From positions 4,416,001-4,480,000 of the forward strand of contig OZ242005.1 of assembly GCA_965204725.1 (NCBI GenBank): 64,000 nucleotides of DNA, given 5' to 3'. Both the position numbers and the translations under genes were made by a program. Positions 1 through 9,018 of this stretch are shown here, piece by piece (the first letter of the stretch is position 1; every line of letters starts with the position of its first letter). A model generated the notes under the pieces. It saw only the letters and a list, made by a program, of their open reading frames with translations. It did no database searches and was not told where the DNA came from. Source of the stretch: Candidatus Latescibacterota bacterium (lineage in GTDB: Bacteria; Latescibacterota; UBA2968; UBA8231).

Positions 1-257
1 TACCCCACTTCGCGGGTGCGGGCCGCGTCGTCAACGCAGGCGTCGAGGCTGAGGCGAGGCGGCGTCAGCCCAGCCAGCACAACTTCGGCGGCCGCGTATT
101 GGTCGGCTAGGGCCTTGAGCGCGTCGGCCGGGGGCGCGTCGTCTGAAGCGATTTGGCCGGTGTTCAAGACGATGTGGGTGGTGCCGGCGTCGCGGCAAAA
201 GGCGATGTTGCGAGCGTGATCGGCCCCAAACGGGGCAAAGATGCCGATGTCGAACAT
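1..257 (-). CDS. 5' part of a probable TIM-barrel sugar dehydratase/isomerase (mannonate dehydratase-like); runs off the window edge
   Basis: ATG at 257 preceded by GAGGAGG; open frame MFDIGIFAPFGADHARNIAFCRDAGTTHIVL... to the window start. The family call is weak. Confidence 0.5.
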   Translation of the reverse strand, partial: MFDIGIFAPFGADHARNIAFCRDAGTTHIVLNTGQIASDDAPPADALKALADQYAAAEVVLAGLTPPRLSLDACVDDAARTREVG

Positions 258-283
258 GAGTTCCTCCTCAGCGTACATAAAAA

Positions 284-358
284 TGGTGCTCCCACGGAGA
301 CTCGAACTCCGGCTACAGGGTTGAAAACCCTGGGTCCTAACCGCTAGACGATGGGAGC
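284..358 (-). tRNA. tRNA-Glu (anticodon TTC)
   Basis: Minus strand GCTCCCATCGTCTAGCGGTTAGGACCCAGGGTTTTCAACCCTGTAGCCGGAGTTCGAGTCTCCGTGGGAGCACCA: acceptor stem, CAGGG/CCCTG anticodon stem with TTC, GTTCGA T-loop, encoded CCA. Confidence 0.96.
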
Positions 359-372
359 ACGTAAGGCAAAAA

Positions 373-401
373 AATATAGACCTCGCCCCGCCTATTGGCA
401 A
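373..401 (-). promoter_or_regulatory. sigma70-type promoter of tRNA-Glu
   Basis: TTGCCA-17 nt-TATATT on the minus strand just upstream of the tRNA. Confidence 0.6.
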
Positions 402-408
402 GCCATCC

Positions 409-1803
409 CTAGGCAAAGGCGTCGAGTTCGGGAGTGGGGAGATTGTAGGAAGAGGCTTGCTCAAAGGCGCGGGCGAGGCGCAACAGCCGCGCTTCGTCGC
501 GGGGGTGGCCAATGATCTGCAAGCCGATGGGCAGGCCATCGCCTGTGAACCCACAGGGCAGGGAGACAGCGCACAGGCCGAGGAGGTTGACGGCGATGGT
601 GTTGCGCAGGCAGAGGCCATTGATGGAGAAATAGACATCGTCGCGGTCAACTGCGTCGAGCGCGGGGGCGACAAAAGGAGTGGTGGGGGTGACGAGGAAA
701 TCGACGTTTTCGAGGGCCATGCGGGCCTTGCGGCGCAGCTCGTCGCGCACTCTGAGTTGTTCGAGGAAGTCCGCCGCGAGGACCTCGCGGCCGTCGAGTA
801 TGCGGGCCGAGACAATGGGGTCGAACTGATCGAAGTGCGCTTCGAGGTTGCGCCGGTGATAGAGATAGGCTTCGACGGCCGTGGTGCTAGGCCCGCTGCG
901 CCACTGGGCTAGCTCGTCGAGCACCTCGAGCGATATTTCATCGGCATAGACGCCGAGGTCGGCGAAAACACTCGCCGCGGCGCGCACCGCCGTTTCGACC
1001 TCCACATCGACATCATCCCAGAAGTACTCGTGCGGGAAGCAGAGCCGGAGGCCGGCGACCTCGCCTTCCAAGTGATCCACCATGCAAAGGGCCGGGTCCG
1101 CCATGGCTTGGAACAACAGGGCGCAATCGCCCGCTGTCCGGCATAACGGCCCGATGCTGTCGAGAGTGGGATCGAGGGGCAAGACGCCGGTGTTGGGGAG
1201 CAGGCCAAAGGTCGGCTTGAGGCCGGTAAGGCCGCAAAAGGACGCGGGAATCCGCACCGAGCCGCCGGTATCCGAGCCGAGGGCCGCCGGTGCCAACCCA
1301 GCCGCCACGGCCACGCCCGAGCCAGAAGACGACCCGCCCGGCAGGCGATGCGTTTCGGCATCCCACGGATTGACTGGAGTCCCGTAGTGATGGTTGACGC
1401 CGGTGCCGCCAAAAGCGAATTCCACGAGCTGGGTCTTGCCCAAGAGCACGACGCCCGCGGCAAAGAGACGGCGGGCCACCGTGGCGTCGGCTGCGGCGAT
1501 GTGGTCGCGCAGCAGGGTCGAGCCGCCGGTGGTGGGCAGCCCCGCGACATCCACGAGGTCCTTAAAGGCGAGGGGAATGCCGTGCAGGGGACCGAGGTAG
1601 GTGCCGGCCGCGATTTGCGCTTCGGCCGCACGAGCTTGGGCGCGCGCCCGCTCGGCTGTGACGGCGAGATAGGCGTTGAGCGCTGGATCGTATCGCTCGA
1701 CGCGCTCTAGGTAGAATTCGGTGAGTTCGAGCGGGGAGAGTTCGCCGCGGCGGATCAGGGGGGCGAGTTCGGCGATGGGCGCAAACGCTAAGGCATTATC
1801 CAT
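409..1803 (-). CDS. Amidase signature family protein (GatA-like amidase)
   Basis: GPLHGIP-x-KD, GGSSSGS and GSDTGGSVRIPAS amidase motifs. Confidence 0.92.
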   Translation of the reverse strand: MDNALAFAPIAELAPLIRRGELSPLELTEFYLERVERYDPALNAYLAVTAERARAQARAAEAQIAAGTYLGPLHGIPLAFKDLVDVAGLPTTGGSTLLRDHIAAADATVARRLFAAGVVLLGKTQLVEFAFGGTGVNHHYGTPVNPWDAETHRLPGGSSSGSGVAVAAGLAPAALGSDTGGSVRIPASFCGLTGLKPTFGLLPNTGVLPLDPTLDSIGPLCRTAGDCALLFQAMADPALCMVDHLEGEVAGLRLCFPHEYFWDDVDVEVETAVRAAASVFADLGVYADEISLEVLDELAQWRSGPSTTAVEAYLYHRRNLEAHFDQFDPIVSARILDGREVLAADFLEQLRVRDELRRKARMALENVDFLVTPTTPFVAPALDAVDRDDVYFSINGLCLRNTIAVNLLGLCAVSLPCGFTGDGLPIGLQIIGHPRDEARLLRLARAFEQASSYNLPTPELDAFA

Positions 1804-1806
1804 TCG

Positions 1807-3612
1807 TCAGTCCAATAGGGAAAATCCGGTGTAGCCGCGGCGGTCTTCCACGCCTTCTACGCCGCCTTGGGGAAAGTATTCCCCCCAGCGCCGGCTGACC
1901 TTTCGCGCGGTGTCTTCGTCCGCTATTAGCTCGTCCGGGTATCCGGGTTTCATGCGGCAATCCAAGACGATCGGCGGCGTATAGCAGGGGTGGTGGCGAC
2001 GAAGTTGGACGGCGGCGGGATAGGTGTCGGCCGCCGGCTCAAACCGGGTAAAGGTATTCCAAAGAAAGGTGATGTTCTTGGCTGCGGCGCGGGCGTCGTC
2101 CACTAAAAATATCAGCGGCCAAGCGGCGACGGCCCGGTCTTGGGCGAGGTGCTGGGCGTAGCTGGGATCTTCCTCGTACGTTGGGCCTTGCACCGCGAGG
2201 GCACCGGGGCAATAGACCTCGACGGCGCGGGCACCGCCGGGCAAGGCGTCGCTGAATTCCCGGGGCAATTCGCAGATCGGATCACCCACGCCTAGGAGGA
2301 TCCCTTTGCTGCCTTGGTTCACGGCCGGTCCTGTGTAGTCAAGGGTATCCATGGCGAGGTTGGCGATGACGAACAGGTCGGTTTCGAGCCGCGCCCGCGC
2401 TAGGGCATACGCGAGCACTTGCCGGAAGTCGCCCAAGTCCAAGGGGCGGTCGATTACGACCAAGAACTTGGTGAGGTTGAGCTGGCCGCCGTCCTCGCCC
2501 AAGATGCGAAAGGCGAATTTCATGGCCTCTCGTGGGTAGCGCTCCTCAACGACGATGGCCGCCAGCGAATGATAGCCGGTCTCGCCGTAGCTCCACATGG
2601 CCTTGATCGCGGGCATTACCAGCTTGCTCAAGGGCGTCATTAGCTGCTGGATGTAAGTGCCGAGGAACATGTCCTCCTGCGGCGGCTTGCCTACTACGGT
2701 GGCCGGGAAGATGGCGTCTTTGCGGTGGTAGAGACGCTTGGCTTGGAGCACTGGATAGTCGTGTTGCAGCGAGTAATAGCCGTAGTGATCGCCAAAAGGT
2801 CCTTCGGGCTGGCGCACGTGCGGCAAGACCACGCCCTCAATGGCGAATTCGGCTTCGGCAATAAGGGGCAGGCTGGGGCTTGGTACGCGGCGCAGGCGCT
2901 CGCCCTGCAACAGGGAGGCCAACATCAGCTCGGGCAAATCCTCGGGCAGGGGCGCGATCGCTGCTAGAATCAGGGCCGGCGGCCCGCCGACGAAGACGAC
3001 CAGCGGCAATTCTTCGCCCCGCTGCTCGGCGACGTGGTAATGGAATCCGCCGCCTTTCTGGATTTGCCAGTGGACGCCGAGGGTCTGAGAGTCGTGGCGT
3101 TGGATGCGGTACATGCCGAGGTTGTGGTGGCCGGTATCGGGGTGTTGGGTATAGACCAGCGGCAGGGTGATGAAGTGCCCGCCGTCCTCGGGCCAAGTTT
3201 TGAGCAGGGGTAAGCGCGCCAGATCGGGCGGCGACTGCACGCATTCGCTAATGGGGCCTTTGCCGACGGTCTTCAGCCCGACCTTCAGCGCAGCGGGGAT
3301 CAGGTTTTTGTGCGGCCAGAGCTTGCCCAGCGAGAGCGACGGCAGGTCTTGGGCCAACTGCACTAGCTGCGCGATAAACTGCTCCGGCCTAGGGCCAAAG
3401 GCCAAATCGACGCGCCGAGCCGTGCCAAAGAGGTTGGTGACGCAGGGAAAGTCCGCACCCTCAACGTGGGTAAAGAGCAGGGCCGGACCGGCCGCGGCGA
3501 GGACGCGACGATGGATCTCGGCGATTTCGAGCTCCGCGGAAACCGGGGCGTCCACGGTGACGAGCTCGCCTTCGCGGCGCAAGAGGTCGAGGAATTGGCG
3601 CAGGTTGTGCAT
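1807..3612 (-). CDS. ubiD: UbiD family prFMN-dependent decarboxylase (long form, possibly menaquinone/futalosine pathway)
   Basis: NLGMYR, EGPFGDHYGYY and GKPPQED motifs. Confidence 0.9.
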   Translation of the reverse strand: MHNLRQFLDLLRREGELVTVDAPVSAELEIAEIHRRVLAAAGPALLFTHVEGADFPCVTNLFGTARRVDLAFGPRPEQFIAQLVQLAQDLPSLSLGKLWPHKNLIPAALKVGLKTVGKGPISECVQSPPDLARLPLLKTWPEDGGHFITLPLVYTQHPDTGHHNLGMYRIQRHDSQTLGVHWQIQKGGGFHYHVAEQRGEELPLVVFVGGPPALILAAIAPLPEDLPELMLASLLQGERLRRVPSPSLPLIAEAEFAIEGVVLPHVRQPEGPFGDHYGYYSLQHDYPVLQAKRLYHRKDAIFPATVVGKPPQEDMFLGTYIQQLMTPLSKLVMPAIKAMWSYGETGYHSLAAIVVEERYPREAMKFAFRILGEDGGQLNLTKFLVVIDRPLDLGDFRQVLAYALARARLETDLFVIANLAMDTLDYTGPAVNQGSKGILLGVGDPICELPREFSDALPGGARAVEVYCPGALAVQGPTYEEDPSYAQHLAQDRAVAAWPLIFLVDDARAAAKNITFLWNTFTRFEPAADTYPAAVQLRRHHPCYTPPIVLDCRMKPGYPDELIADEDTARKVSRRWGEYFPQGGVEGVEDRRGYTGFSLLD

Positions 3613-3716
3613 GGCGGCTTGTGGTGGGGGTGGAAGGTCAGGTTGGTCTTGAATATATAGAAAGACCGGTCCGTTACAATGGATCGGTCAGCTTATAGGG
3701 AAATTCGTGGGGCTGG

Positions 3717-3745
3717 TTGAAGGCTGGGCTGGTTATCTATATATT
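3717..3745 (+). promoter_or_regulatory. sigma70-type promoter upstream of the defence-like operon
   Basis: TTGAAG-17 nt-TATATT; same -10 hexamer as the tRNA promoter. It lies inside the tracked ORF start, which favours ATG 3848 as the real start. Confidence 0.55.
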
Positions 3746-3847
3746 GAAAAAATTGCAAAACGGGCACTGGTCCCACTGGATCACGAGGACGAGGCGTTGG
3801 AGTGCGAGGCGGTCCGGTATTGGGTGCTAGGATTGGGGCTCAAAGAG

Positions 3848-5980
3848 ATGAGATTGAAAAGGAAAATAACTGCACAATTCTGGGGGGCTAAAGGACTTAG
3901 CGTTCGTGCATCTAATTGTCTGTCAAGGGCAAATATTACAGACGAACAAGAACTAATCGAGAAAGTTACAACTCTTGATTTTCTGCTTGCCCTCAGAAAC
4001 TGTGGTAAACAAACAGCCGAAGAGATTTGGGCATTTCTCACGAACTTAAAATCTATCTCCAACCACCATCAAAGAGTAGAAGCTACATCGTCCAATTCGG
4101 GCGATGATCGTTCTGCCGAAGCACAATCAGTTTTTGTTCCGCTTTTGAACATAGAGGTATCCATACATATATGGGAAGTCCTCCAAAATACTCCTGTCGA
4201 TAGTATCCGATGGAGCGTTCGGACACAAAACGTAATCGGCTATCAGGGGTTGCAGGAACTAGCTGAGATTGCCGAACTTTCCCCTGAAGAGTGGCTCAAT
4301 TTTAGAAATTTCGGAGATACCTCTTTGACAGAAATTCAAGAGCGCACGGCAGAAATAATCGATCAACTTAGGGCTAACCCCGATGGTATTGAGCCGAGCA
4401 AAGAGCAATCTGTCTTTATTCCGCTTCTGAACACAAAAATATCCGCCCACACATGGGAAGCAATTCAAAACATGTCTATTCATCAATTCAACTGGAGTGC
4501 TCGAACACAAAATGTTCTCCGTCGGCAGGGCTTCAAAACGATTGCCGAGATTGCCGGATTTTCCCCTAGAGAGTGGCTCAATTTTGGCAATTTTGGACGC
4601 AAATCTCTGACTGAGATTCAGGAAACAGTTAATAGGATCGTTGCGAATACTGACCTGATATGTCTTGATTCGGTGAATGAGCATTCTGCTGAGGAGCTAT
4701 CTGAAAACTCTGGTGGTCGTCCCTTGCGTCCAAACGATCCCGGCTGGATTCCCGCTTTCGCGGAAATGACGACGAACGGCTCTACGGCTTGCCCAACACG
4801 ACCCAAGGTGGGTTTTCAGACAGATTCTGAAGTATCGCAGATTCAAACACTCGCCAACCTTGGCGACGTAGTTTTTCAATCCCTTCAAACTCGCCAACAG
4901 AAAATTATTGCATCCTACTACGGTTACAAGGAAGTACCTAAAAAATTACATCAAATTGGTGAAATGCTCGGAGTTACCCGTGAGCGAGTCAGGCAGATTA
5001 AGGCAGGGGTCAATAAGAAAATCAATCAAGGCGCGGACAACCACCTAATCAAAACCATAATCTCCTATCTATTGAGCCAGTCCATCTACGATGTTCTCGC
5101 GAAGGATGGTGGATGGTGTTCTGTCAAAGACCTCCGGGAAAGTATTCATCAGCGGCTGGGGTGGGAAGATAGCGATCAGTGGATTATCGACTGGTTTGAT
5201 GAAGCATTCGGCGAGGCGTGGATATGCTTAGGGACAGACGATTACAAAATTATTGATGGCACCTGTTATCTGAGATCAGAAGAACACATTAAAGATGTTT
5301 TTACAGAATTTGTGGCGAGACTTCAACGTTATGGCTATCGGCCTTTAGCATTGGAAGAATGCCAATATCTCATTCAAAAAAAAGACGAAGCTGATTTCGA
5401 TCCAGATTATCTGCTTAATAAAATTGTAAGCCATCCCGCTTTGAAAGTTCATCAGTATGGAAAAACACTCATCGGGCTAAAGGAGTGGACTTGGTTTAGT
5501 CCTGAAAAACCAACAACTGCCACAGGACTGGTCTCACTCATCGAATGGTATCTCCGAATGACCAATGAACCCACCACGGCAAAAGCAATTGCCAATGGGA
5601 TAGGGAGTGAACTCGGCAATTTTAGGTTGACGTCTTTTGATGTTGCCGACATCTGCGAAAAACAGCCTTATCTTTTTTTCGTAAATGACAATGGGACCTA
5701 TGGCTTAGACCTTTGGGAGAGAGCCCCAAAATATCGGCAAGCCCTCGCACGGTTACTGTCAGATGAACCGTTACCTATTGAGCGGATTGCCGAGCTATTG
5801 TCCCCCCAAGACCCAGAGGAGACGAGGCTTATTGTCGCAGTATTGAACTTTTATACAGATTTGTTTGTGGAAGCGATGCCTTTTGAGTGGACATTAAAGT
5901 TGCAGGAGGACAAAATTGAGGCAAAAATAGATTTTGACTATACTAGGCTCACTTTTGAAGACTTAATGCCTAAATTATGA
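3848..5980 (+). CDS. Protein with three RNA polymerase alpha-CTD-like (HhH) repeats, a sigma70 region-4 HTH and an uncharacterised C-terminal region
   Basis: Repeats LSVRASNCL...LRNCGKQTAEEI, WSVRTQNVI...FRNFGDTSLTEIQE and WSARTQNVL...FGNFGRKSLTEIQE; sigma4 motif LHQIGEMLGVTRERVRQI. Confidence 0.8.
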   Translation: MRLKRKITAQFWGAKGLSVRASNCLSRANITDEQELIEKVTTLDFLLALRNCGKQTAEEIWAFLTNLKSISNHHQRVEATSSNSGDDRSAEAQSVFVPLLNIEVSIHIWEVLQNTPVDSIRWSVRTQNVIGYQGLQELAEIAELSPEEWLNFRNFGDTSLTEIQERTAEIIDQLRANPDGIEPSKEQSVFIPLLNTKISAHTWEAIQNMSIHQFNWSARTQNVLRRQGFKTIAEIAGFSPREWLNFGNFGRKSLTEIQETVNRIVANTDLICLDSVNEHSAEELSENSGGRPLRPNDPGWIPAFAEMTTNGSTACPTRPKVGFQTDSEVSQIQTLANLGDVVFQSLQTRQQKIIASYYGYKEVPKKLHQIGEMLGVTRERVRQIKAGVNKKINQGADNHLIKTIISYLLSQSIYDVLAKDGGWCSVKDLRESIHQRLGWEDSDQWIIDWFDEAFGEAWICLGTDDYKIIDGTCYLRSEEHIKDVFTEFVARLQRYGYRPLALEECQYLIQKKDEADFDPDYLLNKIVSHPALKVHQYGKTLIGLKEWTWFSPEKPTTATGLVSLIEWYLRMTNEPTTAKAIANGIGSELGNFRLTSFDVADICEKQPYLFFVNDNGTYGLDLWERAPKYRQALARLLSDEPLPIERIAELLSPQDPEETRLIVAVLNFYTDLFVEAMPFEWTLKLQEDKIEAKIDFDYTRLTFEDLMPKL
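4693..4827. mobile_element. 135-bp MITE inserted in frame in the alpha-CTD/sigma4 gene
   Basis: Imperfect 16-bp terminal inverted repeats (GGAGCTATCTGAAAAC / GTTTTCAGACAGATTC) with TGA on both sides; internal GGATTCCCGC...GCGGAAATGAC hairpin; homologous to intergenic copies at 29055, 48550 and 63464. Confidence 0.8.
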
Positions 5981-7617
5981 GAGATTCGCACCGAATGATT
6001 TTGCCGCAACATCAACAACCAATAACCGTTCGACTTGCGCGGGAAGAAGATATTGACGGCGCGAAGCGAATTGCGGATCAACACCGTACGGAATTGGGGT
6101 TTGTCAACATCGCCATTTTGCGGGTAGCACAAAGCAAAGAATGGCTTCTTGTTGCAGCCGAATGGGAGAATCAGAAAAAGTGTGATGTAGTCGTTGGATT
6201 TGCAAATTTTCGGATCAAACGAGATAAAAATGCAACGCTGTACGAAATTGCAGTAGTTGATTCACACAGACGTACAGGAGTCGGGACCCGTTTGCTGAGC
6301 GAATTAATTCGACGTGTTCATCTAGCGGGCGGGCAATATGTTCGTCTCAAGTGTCCACAAGATCTAAGTGCCAATAAATTTTACCAAAAATTCGGATTTC
6401 GGCATGGCGAAGCAGAGCAACGTAAGAAGAGACGGCTACAAGTGTGGTACTATCATATTCCCTTAATGCACGGCTCAGGAGCGGAAACATCAGTTACTCC
6501 TTTTATTCGCATAGCTGATAAGCAGGCTTTGCAGCAACCTTTCACATGGGAGAACGAACTTCACGCAACCGCACGTTTTTACGCTTCCCTGACAGTCAAA
6601 CCGGATGAAATGAGGACATTGCATCGCCTCTGGCATAAACATGCACACGACTTTGACTGGAAGTTCGGCAAACCGAATCCATTTCAACGAGTGCTTATCT
6701 CTCCCGTAGTTGCCCACAGGTACACCTTCGATTTCGTCCGAGAACTGAAACGGACAGGTGAAACGGAAGTGGTCATGTTCGATTCTGGTGGCTATTTCGT
6801 CCAGAAAGGAGACATCTCTTATTACGATCTTCATCGGAAACTCTATGAATACTATCAGCAGGAGGATTGGGCGGATATCTATGTTCTGCCAGATAATCCA
6901 CCACTCAGTGGAGACTCACTGCGTTCCGCAGAAGCGAAGATAAAACAAACTGTTGAGGGTAGCCTGCGACTTTACGGCGACCTTTCTTACGAAGTTCAGC
7001 AGAAAGCGATGCCTGTCGTTCACGCAACGAGAAGTGAACATCTCGACTATTGCCTGAGACAATACGCTAATTTTAAGAATATCGGTTTCGGCTCATTTCC
7101 AACAAGAGGAACTTCAAATTCTATCAACCGATTGAACATCAACGCGCTAATGATTCTCCGACAACTGACTCGGATGCTGGATTCTGAGGATGTAAAACTA
7201 CATACCTTTGGTATTTCAACACCACCCGCAATTTACCTGCTATCGCTGGCTGGTGTACATTCTTTTGACTCTAATGGTTGGATGCGGTCTGGTGGATATG
7301 GTAAGGTATTCCTCCCATTTATGCGGGGCTATCTAGTCACTTTCAATTCTCGGAGGAATGGGAGTTTGAATGAAACAGAATTCAAATTGTGGAAAGAAAA
7401 TATAAAGCATGATTGTCCGTTCTGCGGTTCCTTCGAGCGGCTTTCAAATAACCGATGGGATCGAATTATGCACAATCTGATAGTTATGTCAGAGTTAGAA
7501 ACACATCAAAGGACACCCCGAACTGATATGTTACGAGAGTTATCAGGAACGTACTATCGTATGTCACAAAGCTTGATAAGTGAAGACTTGTGTCCTGTTA
7601 GTAATCACGACCTTTAA
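5977..7617 (+). CDS. GNAT acetyltransferase fused to a tRNA-guanine transglycosylase-like (TGT/DpdA-like) domain
   Basis: N-terminal GNAT motif IAVVDSHRRTGVGTRLL plus ANKFYQKFGF; C-terminal TGT motifs FDSGGY, IGFGS, HTFG, SFDSNGW and a Zn-site-like HDCPFC...HNL. ATGA overlap with the upstream gene. Confidence 0.82.
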   Translation: MRDSHRMILPQHQQPITVRLAREEDIDGAKRIADQHRTELGFVNIAILRVAQSKEWLLVAAEWENQKKCDVVVGFANFRIKRDKNATLYEIAVVDSHRRTGVGTRLLSELIRRVHLAGGQYVRLKCPQDLSANKFYQKFGFRHGEAEQRKKRRLQVWYYHIPLMHGSGAETSVTPFIRIADKQALQQPFTWENELHATARFYASLTVKPDEMRTLHRLWHKHAHDFDWKFGKPNPFQRVLISPVVAHRYTFDFVRELKRTGETEVVMFDSGGYFVQKGDISYYDLHRKLYEYYQQEDWADIYVLPDNPPLSGDSLRSAEAKIKQTVEGSLRLYGDLSYEVQQKAMPVVHATRSEHLDYCLRQYANFKNIGFGSFPTRGTSNSINRLNINALMILRQLTRMLDSEDVKLHTFGISTPPAIYLLSLAGVHSFDSNGWMRSGGYGKVFLPFMRGYLVTFNSRRNGSLNETEFKLWKENIKHDCPFCGSFERLSNNRWDRIMHNLIVMSELETHQRTPRTDMLRELSGTYYRMSQSLISEDLCPVSNHDL

Positions 7618-7627
7618 TGGAGGAACA

Positions 7628-8440
7628 ATGGTGCGCTCGCACATCTTAAAAGGATTTTCGGACTTGGAGTCGGCATTGTGGGTCCACAAATATCACCCTG
7701 GACTTAAAACAATTCGGAAAATGGTCAAAACCGCTTCGGAAAATGGATACACAGTAACGGATACAGCGCGTTATGAAGCGGTTCAGCTATTAAGCGAATG
7801 GGGATTAGCGGATGGAAAAAGCAGGTCATTAACTCCCGAGGGCGAGGCTTTCTATTCCTTGTGGGAAACGAAACGAAGTACCGCAATTGATTTTCTGCAC
7901 GCACGGCAATACGGTCTATGGACACAAAACGCCCCTGACCAAAACATTGCGTCGTGGGCGTACAAAAATATCTGTGACTACCTGTGGGTACGGCAAACGC
8001 TTCCGGGAGATCGGGATCTGGTGGCTTATATACATGACCTCCGAGCCTCTGACGAAGTGGTGATTCCACCGGACATCGGCAATGCGTTCTCCAATAAATC
8101 GATCAATGACGCTTACGATTGGCTCCTGCCGTTAGACCCGCCTGTATTAGAGAAGGACAGCGCGACGTTTGCACAACGGCCATTCTGTTCAACACCACTT
8201 TTTGTGATGGGGCTCGGTTATCTCGTGCGAGAATCCGATACGGCATTTGGGGATTTGGTTAAAATTGACGAAGCGCGAAAACAGGCCATCTGTCGCTTCT
8301 GTCTTATTGACGAAACCGGTTTCGATCTCATGCTTGACGAGGCATTGCGCCAAGTCTCGTACCTTTCGGTGCAACGGAGTTGGGAAGGAATTTACATGGT
8401 GTTGCATCAGGCACCGCAAATCGAAGATTTCATAGATTAA
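7628..8440 (+). CDS. Hypothetical protein, probably winged-helix BrxA/SspB(DUF4007)-like
   Basis: GGAGG RBS; WGL...LTPEG...FLH...LW pattern reminiscent of DUF4007/BrxA; position in the operon. The family is inferred. Confidence 0.5.
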   Translation: MVRSHILKGFSDLESALWVHKYHPGLKTIRKMVKTASENGYTVTDTARYEAVQLLSEWGLADGKSRSLTPEGEAFYSLWETKRSTAIDFLHARQYGLWTQNAPDQNIASWAYKNICDYLWVRQTLPGDRDLVAYIHDLRASDEVVIPPDIGNAFSNKSINDAYDWLLPLDPPVLEKDSATFAQRPFCSTPLFVMGLGYLVRESDTAFGDLVKIDEARKQAICRFCLIDETGFDLMLDEALRQVSYLSVQRSWEGIYMVLHQAPQIEDFID

Positions 8441-8469
8441 TAAGGATAAGAAAATAATCTACAAACGAA

Positions 8470-9003
8470 ATGCGTTGGCAATCTTATCATAGGAAACTTC
8501 TCGCATTAGCGGAAACTAACGAGACTTTGACGGCCTCCCAGCAGGTGGTCTGTCAATTTTTGCAACAGGAGATTAGAGACTACCAGCAACGCATTGATCT
8601 CTGGGGTGCTCCGGGCGTTGGCAAGACGTTTCTCGCGCACCATCTCCATCACTGTGCAGACGGTCTCTATTTTTCGTCTGTAGAAACTTGTTCACACACA
8701 GAAGTTTCCCCAAATTCGGTGGTTATCATTGACAACGCACCGCATGACCGAAGTTCAGCGCGGTCAATTTTCGGGGACATGCTTTGGGCAGGTGCGTCGT
8801 CGGTCATTTTGGTGACACGCCAACCCATCAACGATGCGGTTCGGAGCGTTGAATTGGGCTTAACAGTTCAGGAATTGGCACAAGTTGAGGATGTGATGCG
8901 TAGGATTTTCGGCCATTTCCCGCCCGATGACCTGCGCGATGTTGACCACCTCCGTTGTGAAATTTGGCAACGGCTTAAAATTCTCGCGGAACGAAAATTA
9001 TAA
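8470..9003 (+). CDS. Small P-loop NTPase (BrxB/BrxF-like position)
   Basis: Walker A GAPGVGKT and Walker B-like VVIIDN; 177 aa directly upstream of the large ATPase. Confidence 0.6.
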   Translation: MRWQSYHRKLLALAETNETLTASQQVVCQFLQQEIRDYQQRIDLWGAPGVGKTFLAHHLHHCADGLYFSSVETCSHTEVSPNSVVIIDNAPHDRSSARSIFGDMLWAGASSVILVTRQPINDAVRSVELGLTVQELAQVEDVMRRIFGHFPPDDLRDVDHLRCEIWQRLKILAERKL

Positions 9004-9018
9004 AAAGGAGATTCTGAT

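Noticed and set aside
284-358. tRNA-Glu as the integration site of the defence island
   Set aside because: Two host-like genes lie between it and the island, and I saw no duplicated tRNA 3' end or integrase.
3707-3847. N-terminal extension of the 757-aa ORF from GTG 3707
   Set aside because: It overlaps a good promoter (3717-3745); ATG 3848 directly precedes the first domain.
3848-5980. Housekeeping rpoA or a real sigma factor
   Set aside because: No alpha N-terminal domain or sigma region 2 is recognisable, and the context is not a ribosomal operon.
5977-7617. Housekeeping tgt or a canonical dpdA-K cluster
   Set aside because: It has a GNAT fusion and island context, lacks the usual Tgt N-terminal motifs, and has no dpdB/C or que genes nearby.
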